A DNA stretch of 64,000 nt. Origin: Vicugna vicugna (lineage: Eukaryota). The DNA lies in NCBI GenBank assembly GCA_013265495.1, contig MU058289.1, positions 620,001 through 684,000 of the forward strand, given 5' to 3'. The translations under genes were made by a program, and so were the position numbers. Below the pieces are notes generated by a model, which ran no database searches, was not told the origin of the DNA, and saw only the letters and a list, made by a program, of their open reading frames with translations. Positions 55,562 through 64,000 of this stretch are shown here, in pieces. Positions within the stretch are counted from its first letter, which is position 1. Each line of letters starts with the position of its first letter.

Positions 55562-57229
55562 CTGGGAGAGGAAGGTCAGTAACTGAGCGCTGTCTCCTCT
55601 CAAACCCAAAGGAAAGGGCTCTGGCATCTTTATTCTCCCCTTAGAGATGCTCATTCTGATTTCCAAACCCAGGTTTTCTGCCCTTAGTTCCTGAGTGTTT
55701 TTTTCAATCCCAGGCATTTTTCCCATTTCTCAAGTCAGATCATCTCATCTTCTCTTTTCTAGGTGATTTTTTCTGTAAGTTCTACTCACTCTCAGAAAGG
55801 ATTTTCTACTTCATTTTATTCTTCAGCTTTCCCCTTTCTGTATAGTTTCCTGCCCTCTGACTTTAACGAGTTTCTTTTGCCCTTCCAGTTGAAGCAGATT
55901 GCTTTCTCCTAGCCTGTGTCTCGTGGTGGTAGAAATAGCACAGGATTTAGAGTCACTCAGATGTGGCTCAGATCCAAGTCCCTTCATTGTGACCTCAGGG
56001 CAGATCAATTTTCTGAACTTTAGTTTCCTTTTCAGTCAAGTGAGGATGAGAATACTCACACCCCAGGATTTCTGTGACGAGTCCCTGAGATAGTACATGT
56101 AAAGCCGTGCGGGTGCTTTAGTGCCCGTGCCAGTGGTCCCTCCTCCCAATCCTGTTGGACAGCTTCATAGAGAGTGAGCCACTTGGTAGACTGTCCAGAG
56201 GCTGAATATCCAGACGTGCCATCTGACTTGAGAAAAGGCCTCCTGGGTCTCAGCGCCTGTGTGGCTCTTTGCAGGCAAACGGTGCTCGGCTGCACTTCCT
56301 TCCCCCGTGCATTCCCTCTTCCTGAGCCATCCTCGTCCTTTTCTCACAATCTCTCCCTCTCTGACCTGTGTAGCTCCAGGTTAGAAGCTCCTCAGAGTCC
56401 CTTCTTAAAACACACACTTGAAGAAACAAAGACAGTCAGAACATGTTTTCCTCTTGACCTGGGGAATGGGCCTCAGTTTTGCCATCTGGTGCCTGATCCC
56501 CACTCAGAGACTCTTCGCTCTTTTCCTGGGACTTACACTTATTACACTTATTCCCATACTGTTTGCTTCTTCATTCATTCATTCATTCAGTCAGTCAGTC
56601 AATCAGCCATTCGTTTTGTAGCCTAGAGTCCCAGGGTCTGGGTATCTTAATATTTAGATTTTCTTTCTTTTCAGCTCTACTCTCCTTTAGAACTGAAGAG
56701 TTCTATCTTTTCATTTGTTTCCTTCCCCCAGCATACAGCTGTACTTCCCAGATTAACCGGGGAACTAGGCAAGAGACCATTCTCTGTCGCTTGCTACCAA
56801 ATTTATTTATGTCATTTGGCTTTTATGATTTTCTACAAATATTCACAGGATTGGGATTTAATTGCAAAATGGAAACTTACTGGAAAACAGGTGTTGAGGA
56901 ATTAGGACTGCTTCTTTATCTCTGCCTCTCCTTTCCCCGCACCCCCCATGCCTTTCTCATATCACTGTTGTGTGTTACCTACGTTGAAGTTCCTCCATAA
57001 AGCCCCTTCTCCACGTTCACGGTGGTTATGGAGGTAGCATGAGAAAGGAAAGTTTTGAATTCATGATTCACGATGCCCACCTATGCCACAGGAAAAAGAA
57101 ATGCAGCCTCCAGCTGAATTCATGGGGTGAGCTTTCATAAAAGCGATATCTTTCACAATCTCTTTCAAGTTCAATTTTCTGTCCTCATCACCCAGTTTAT
57201 TATAATAGGAAATTAGACCCATTATTATC

Positions 57230-58500
57230 TAAAGTTCCATACAGTTACTTTCTCCGCTTCCTTATTCCTCAGTAGTCACCCCTCAGTTCACACAAATCTG
57301 GATTACATCCCTGTTTTTCCATAGACTCTTATCTGATTAGCAGTGACTCTGTGTTACTCAGTTCACTTCTATAGAAGACATTTTGATTGAAAAGACCTAT
57401 AGAAGAAATAGAAGACATTTTCTTCCTATTTGATTAACATTCAACACAGTTTCCACACCCTTCTTAAAACATTCTCTTTCCACATATTCTGATATGTTGT
57501 GCTCTTCTGGTTTCCCTGCCTTTTCATTGGTCACTCCGTAATTTCCTTTGCTGGCTCACCTTCTCCTGCTCATCCTCTAAACGTTGGAGTTCCTTAAGAC
57601 TTGGTTCTAGGGTCTTTCCTATCCTCATCCTATGCTCTCTCTCCAATCTATTGCATCTACTTCTACAGCATGAATTCCCATCTTCACTACATCCAATTTT
57701 GGAGCCCTGCCCTGGGCTTCTGTGAGCTTTCACATCCACATGCCCAATGGCCTGGTAGACATATCTGTTTGGACGTCTCCCAGGCACCTCAAATTCATTG
57801 TGTCTGGAATTGACTTTAGACATTCTCCACCAAACTAAGCCTTCTTCCAGAATTCTCCATGTTGGAGAATAGGATCTCTTCCCATTCCATCCCTGAGTCA
57901 TAATCTCAGAGTCAATCCTAAAAAATCAGTCTTAACACCATCTTCTTCCTTATGCTCCGGATGCAGCCCAACATACTTCTCAAATGCATCACAGATTTGT
58001 CCATCTCCCTGCATCTCCATCTTCCCATCTCAGTGTCAGCCACTATTGTCTATTAGCAGGCCATGACCAGCTCCCTCACAGCCACTCACTCTCCTGAAAG
58101 TCAGTTTCCCATACTGCAGTTAGTGGGATAGTCTTCAAAATGTCAAGTCAGTTATACTACTCTCTTGTTTAAAACCATGTCAGAGGCTTCCTGTTGCTTT
58201 TAGGATGAGTATCAAAACTCTTAACAAGGCCTCTAGGGCTGGCCTGGCATTGCCCTTGCCAACTTCCAGCCTTAACTCACATCAGCCTTCTCTCTCCTTG
58301 CTCCCTAAGCGAGACCATCTTTCACTTCTGTGAATGTACCACCGCCAAGGGTGCCTGAAATGCTCTCTACTTCTCATTACCCGCTCCAGCCTCCCCAGTT
58401 AATCCCTAGTCTTCTTTCAGGTATCCACCTCTTCCTTCAGAAAGCCCTCCCTGACCCCCTAGACTGAGTTAGAGTCCCTTATTATATATTCTCCTAGCAT
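57230..58500 (+). mobile_element. L2 LINE remnant (approximate limits)
   Basis: cattcaacacagtt...ctcttctggtttcc...ggacgtctcccaggcacctcaaattca..., pyrimidine-rich L2 body. Confidence 0.6.
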
Positions 58501-59730
58501 CTTTTCTATTGCTGAATAGTGTTGTGTTTTAGAATGTTTTATGTTTCATTCATCCATTCACCTAATGATAGACATTTAGATTTCTTTCAGTTTTTGGCTC
58601 TTGTAAATAAAGCTGCTATGTGTATTGTCATTTAGGTCTTTGTGTGAATATGTTTTCATCTCTCTTGGGCAAATACCTGGGAGTGTATTGGCTAGGTGGT
58701 ACGGAAAATATTTTGTTTAACTTTTGAAGGACCTGCCAGTTTTCCAAGCTGGCTGTACCCTTTTCATTCGCATCAGCAATGTACGAGCGTTCCTGTTGCT
58801 CCACATCCTTGTTAACACTTGCTGTTGGTTAGTCTTTCCGTTTTAGGCATCCTGATCTGTGTGTTGTGGGATATCGTTGTGGTTCTGATTTGCATTTCCC
58901 TGCCAACTATTGATGTGGAGCATCTTTTCAAGTACTTCCTGGCTATTTTTGTATCTTCTTTTGTGAAGTGTCTGTTCAAGCCTTTTGCTCATTTAAAAAA
59001 AACTGGATTATTTTCATAAATTTTGAGAGTTCTTTATTATGTTCTGGGTACTAGTCATCTGTTATATATATATATGTATTATAAATATTTTCTCTTACCC
59101 TGTTTCTTGTCTTTCCACTTTCTTAATTGTCTCTTGAAGAACAAAGGTTTTGAATTTCGATAAGGTCTAGTTTATCTAGTCTTTCTATTATGGTTTGTGC
59201 TTTTACATCCCGAGAAATCTTTACCTACCTACCTAATCCAGACTTTCCTTTCCTCATGAAATTGCCTAAGCACCTTAACTAAAAATGAATCGATTGTATG
59301 CATATAAGTGGGTCTTATCTCTTTTCTGCTCTAATGATCTTTATGTCTTTCCTTCCACCATTTCCACACAGTCTTGATCATTGTAGTTTTAATAATAAGT
59401 CTTGAAATTGGGTGGTATAAGTCCTCCAGCTTTGTTCTTCTTTTCCAAAATTGCTTTGGCTTTTCTAGGCCATTTGCATTTCCACATAAATCAATTTCTA
59501 CAAAAATGCCTGCTGTGATTGTGATTGGGATTGTGTTGGATCCATAGATCAGTTTGGGACCATCAACGCTGGAACAATATTGAGCTTTCCAATCTATGAA
59601 CATGATGTCTCTCTCCATTTGCTTAGGAATTTAATTTCTCTCAGCAGTGCTTTCTAATGTTCAGCATAGAGCTTTTGCATATCTTTTCTAATTGATTCCT
59701 AAGTATTTTTGGTGCAGTTGCAGATTTCAT
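58500..59730 (-). mobile_element. Old L1M ORF2/3' remnant
   Basis: Minus frame 59331-59618 gives ORF2-like PKLIYGSNTIPITI...IKTVWKWWKERHKD. Confidence 0.75.
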
Positions 59731-60329
59731 TTTTTGAAAAAAATCTTTGTTTTCTCGCTATTTGTTGCTCTCATAGTATCATTTACTATCCCTTCATAGC
59801 ACATATCTCAGCTTATTATAATAATACATTTATTTGTGTGAGGATTTGCTTAATGTCCATCTCTCTTACAAGACCATCCACAACTCAGGAAGCATGGTGG
59901 TTTTGCTTCCACTGTATCCTCAGGGCCTGGCATACAGCCTGGCACATATTAGACACTCAGGAGTTATTTCCTGGATGATGTGTGGGTGGGTAAGTGGAAG
60001 AATGGAATAGAGAGAGGTCATTTTCGAAAGCTCAGATATTTGTCCGCAAATGCCTCATTTTATCTTCTTCTGGGACCATCATAAGAAATCCCAGCCAGTA
60101 ACCACTTGAGAGCTCTCTTGCAGATTAAGGCACTCCCGGTACTTTTGCTGGAAGCCACAATGATCTTTCCTCATGGTCAATATTGATAATTCAGAGTGAT
60201 GTGCCTTTATTATAAAGACCCTGCTTAGCAAATATGAGGAAGGTATAGATATAAAGTATTCAAAAGTGAAGGGAAATGCAGGATTTCACATAGTAGCAGC
60301 ACCACCAGTAAATAAAGAGCTGTCATTTC

Positions 60330-61010
60330 ATTCATTCATTCAACAAATGTGTTATCTACTCCCTAGGATGTGATGGACCCCGGGGAATATCAGGGTCAAA
60401 AAAATAGAAGTGGTTTCGCATTCATAGAAGACGGTTACATTCTAGCGGAGGGAGACTGACAATAACAGGTGAATAGGAATATGGGAGTGATTACGCAGCG
60501 ATAGGCATTGTGAAGGAGAGGAAGCAAGGTGATGAGACAGAGCGTGGTCATGGCGTGACAGAGGCTTCTTTAGTCCGAGGGATCAGAGAAGCCATCTCTG
60601 GGGTTACCGGTGAGCTGACATCTGAGATGTTGAGCTGGTCTCGGGGGAGGAACTGGCTCATGCCAGGTAGAAGACGCCTTTGCGTGTAGTAGGAACAGAA
60701 ATGCCAGGGTGGCTGGAGCGTGGTGAGCCAGGGCAATGACAGTAGGAGATAAGACTACGTGAGAACTTATTGATCACAGTAAGGAGCTGGGGTTCCATTC
60801 ATAAGCAGTGAGAAGTCACTTAAGGCTCTGAGAGGAGCATGACATGATGAGATTGATGATTTGAGAAGGTCACGTGTGAAGAATGGTCTTCAGGAGATGA
60901 AACTGCAAGCAGAGAGATCGAACAGAAGTCCACTGTGGTCATCCAGTGGGGGATTGATGATGGCATGGATTCAGGAGAGTGCAGCAGTGGAGGTGGAGAG
61001 GATCCACTGG
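60330..61010 (-). mobile_element. L2 LINE 3' region (approximate limits)
   Basis: ttcattcattcattcaacaaatg tail followed by typical reverse L2 sequence. Confidence 0.6.
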
Positions 61011-61589
61011 GATTTGGGCTACATAACTTTAAATAAATAGCAATAAATGAAGAGCTGCAGGATGCCAGAGAGAAATGGAACTCTCCTGGGGAATTAAAGG
61101 GAAGCTGATTCTAGACCAGTATATCTAAAGAGACTCTGAGATTTCATTGCTCCCCTGTGCTGGTGCAGCTCACCCTCCTTCCATGTGTGTATTACCCCTT
61201 CTGAGCCCCTGCAGTGGCCTTATGACAGTGTGAAGGTGACAATTTATGCTCTTCACCACTTGCATCTCCTCTTTTAGTTGCCACTTGTCCAGCCTTTCTT
61301 TGTCATCCCAATAGCGATGTCCTCCAATTCTCCTCCAATTGCACAGCCATCCCCAGGGCTGGTGCACTTCTAAAGAAGAGAAATAAGGAGCAGCTCAGGA
61401 CTAGCATCTTGGGAGTACTCCCCAGACGCCATCTCTGTTGGCTTCTATAGTGGGCGCTGTGGGGTTTGCCACCCATTGCTGGTAACCATACCCCAACCTC
61501 CCTCTGCAAAGACCTCTCCTTCCTTCGCTCTCTGTCCACCCACTTACTGTGAATCAAACTCCACCCTTGGCCAATAAAATCAGCTATTG

Positions 61590-61755
61590 TGCTTGAGTAA
61601 TGGTCCCCGCAGAAGATACCCACATCTTAATCCCTGGAACCGAATGTTACTTTGCATGGCAAAAAGGGACTTTTGGGTGTGATTAAGAATTTTACTATGA
61701 GAAGGTTATCCTAGATTATTGTATGGGCCTTGAAGTGATCAGAAATGTTCTTATA
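61590..61755. mobile_element. MLT1 (MaLR) LTR, left part; split by L1
   Basis: aatggtcccc..aagatacccacatcttaatccctggaacc..gaatgttactttgcatggcaaaaagggactt. Confidence 0.75.
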
Positions 61756-63806
61756 TTCCACTAAAATCTGGGACAAGGCTGCCTACTATCACCATGCCTA
61801 TTCATGCCTTGGAAGTCCTAGCCACGGCAATCAGGCAAGAGAGAGAAATAAAAGGGATCCAAATTGGAAAAGAAGAGGTAAAAATGTCACTATATGCAGA
61901 TGACATGATACTATATATAGAAAACCCTAAAAGGTCCACACAAAAACTTCTAGAACTAATCGAAGAATTCAGCAAAGCAGCAGGTTACAAGATTAACATA
62001 CAAAAATCAGTTGCATTTCTTTACACTAACAATGAATCAACAGAAAAAGAAAATAAAGAAACAATCCTCTTTAAAATGACTCCCAAAGTAATAAAATACC
62101 GAGGAATAAATTAAACCAAGGAGGTGAAAGGCTTATACATGGAAAACTATAAAACACTGATTAAGGAAATTAAAGACTTAAAAAAATGGAAAGATATCCT
62201 ATGCTTCTGGATTGGAAGAATTAGTATTGTTAAAATGATCTTACTGCCCAAGGCAATCTACAGATTTAATGCAATCCATATCAAATTACCCAGGACGTAT
62301 TTCACAGAACTAGAACAAATCATAATAAAATTTATATGGAACCACAAAAGACATAGAATTGCCAGAGCATTACTGAAGAAAAAGAAAGAGGCTGGAGGAA
62401 TAACTCTCCCAGACTTCAGACAGTACTATAGAGCTACAGTAATGAAAACAGCATGGTATTGGCACAGAAACAGACATATGGACAGGTGGAACAGAATGGA
62501 GAGCCCAGGAATGAACCCACAAACTTTTGGTCAACTAGTCTTCAACAAAAGAGGCAAGAATATACAATGGAATAAAGACAGTCTCTTCAGCAAATGGCGT
62601 TAGAACACTCCTTTACACCACACACAAAAATAAACTATAAATGGATCAAAGACTTAAACATAAGACAAGATACAATAAGCCTCCTAGAAGAAAACGTAGG
62701 CAAAACATTATCTCACATTCATCTCAAAAATGTTCTCCTAGGGCAGTCTACCCAAGCAATAGAAGTAAAAGCAAAAATAAACAAGTGGGACCTAATTAAA
62801 CTTACAAGCTTCTGCACAGCAAAGGAAACCATAAACAAAACAACAACCTATGGAATGGGAGAAAATTTTTTGCCAAAGATGAAACCAACAAAGGCTTGAT
62901 CTCCAAAATATATAAGCAGCTCATACGACTTAATAAGAAAAAAACAAACAACCCAATCTGAAAATGGGCAGGAGACAGGAGACCTAAACAAGCAATTCTC
63001 CAAGGAAGAAATACAAATGATCAATAGGCACATGAAAAAATGCTCAGTACCACTAATTATCAGAAAAATGCAAATCAAAACTACAATGAGGTATCACCTC
63101 ACACCAGTCAGAATGGCCATCATTCAAAAGTCCACAAATGACAAATGCTGGAGAGGCTGTGGAGAAAAGGGAACCTTCCTACACTGTTGGTGGGAACGCA
63201 GTTTGGTGCAGCCACTGTGGAAAACAGTATGGAGAGTCCTCAAAAGACTAGGAATAGACTTACCNNNNNNNNNNNNNNNNNNNNNNNNNNNNNNNNNNNN
63301 NNNNNNNNNNNNNNNNNNNNNNNNNNNNNNNNNNNNNNNNNNNNNNNNNNNNNNNNNNNNNNNNNNNNNNNNNNNNNNNNNNNNNNNNNNNNNNNNNNNN
63401 NNNNNNNNNNNNNNNNNNNNNNNNNNNNNNNNNNNNNNNNNNNNNNNNNNNNNNNNNNNNNNNNNNNNNNNNNNNNNNNNNNNNNNNNNNNNNNNNNNNN
63501 NNNNNNNNNNNNNNNNNNNNNNNNNNNNNNNNNNNNNNNNNNNNNNNNNNNNNNNNNNNNGTGGGGTGGGAAGGGACAGACCGGGAGTTCAAAATTTGTA
63601 GATACTGACAGGCATATGTAGAGTAGATAAACAAGATTATACTGTATAGCACAGGGAAATATATACAAGATCTTGTGGTAGCTCACAGTGAAAAAGAATG
63701 TGACAATGAATATATGTATGTTCATGTATAACTGAAAAATTATGCTTTACACTGGAAATTGACACAACATAGTAAACTGACTATAACAATAAAAAATGTT
63801 TTAAAA
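61756..63806 (+). mobile_element. 5'-truncated L1: ORF2 RT C-terminal part, Cys-rich domain and 3'UTR; frameshifted, non-functional
   Basis: [48 protein letters not shown] motifs; 13-bp TSD AAATGTTCTTATA at 61743-61755 and 63807-63819. Confidence 0.95.
63265..63560. other. Assembly gap (296 N) within the L1
   Basis: Run of N. Confidence 1.
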
Positions 63807-64000
63807 AAATGTTCTTATAAGGCAGAGGGAGATTTTAGACAGACAGATAGGAGAGGAGAAGGCAATGTGATCACGGAGGCAGAGATCGGAGTGATGTGGC
63901 CACAAACCAAGGGATGCCAGGAGCTGCCAGGAGCTGAAAGAAGCAGGAAGTAGGTTTTTCTCCACCCAGTCATACTTGTTTTGGACTTTTGGCCTCCAGA
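63807..64000. mobile_element. MLT1 LTR, right part
   Basis: ggagaaggcaatgtgatcacggaggcagagatcggagtgatgtggccacaaaccaagggatgcc...ttggacttttggcctccaga. Confidence 0.75.

Noticed and set aside
61794..63264. Active L1 or domesticated reverse transcriptase
   Set aside because: 5'-truncated, with stops and frameshifts between the ORF2 segments
63017..63725. ORFs of 130-194 aa at the window end
   Set aside because: Artefacts of translation through the N gap in an L1

Overview
Mammalian genomic DNA, most likely camelid, judging by three copies of a Vic-1-like tRNA-derived SINE. It covers the stratified-epithelium secreted-peptide cluster and its neighbour. In order: the last exon of suprabasin (SBSN, +); the complete dermokine gene (DMKN, +; 17 coding exons for a 592-aa beta form, an alternative gamma terminal exon giving 488 aa, and an internal alpha promoter/first exon giving 102 aa); KRTDAP (+, 6 exons, 99 aa); about 25 kb of repeat-rich intergenic DNA; and FFAR2/GPR43 (-, single coding exon, 331 aa). 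Exons were read by hand from GT-AG boundaries, and every DMKN and KRTDAP intron is phase 0. The rest is MIR/L2/L1/MER5A/LTR debris plus a 296-N gap. I see no clearly new protein-coding system. The most noteworthy observations are: an orphan housekeeping-type promoter with a splice donor at about 38.9 kb, with a nested inverted-repeat element downstream; an expanded His-containing Gly/Ser exon in DMKN bracketed by the only two mature Cys; loss of the Met that starts human dermokine-delta; a shared F[IL]NW exon module and promoter grammar across the cluster; Val in place of the FFAR2 pocket Glu166; and several TSD-flanked retrocopies/transductions of unidentified RNAs, one nested inside another. 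Comparisons with human and bovine proteins and repeat-family names come from memory and need alignment to confirm.
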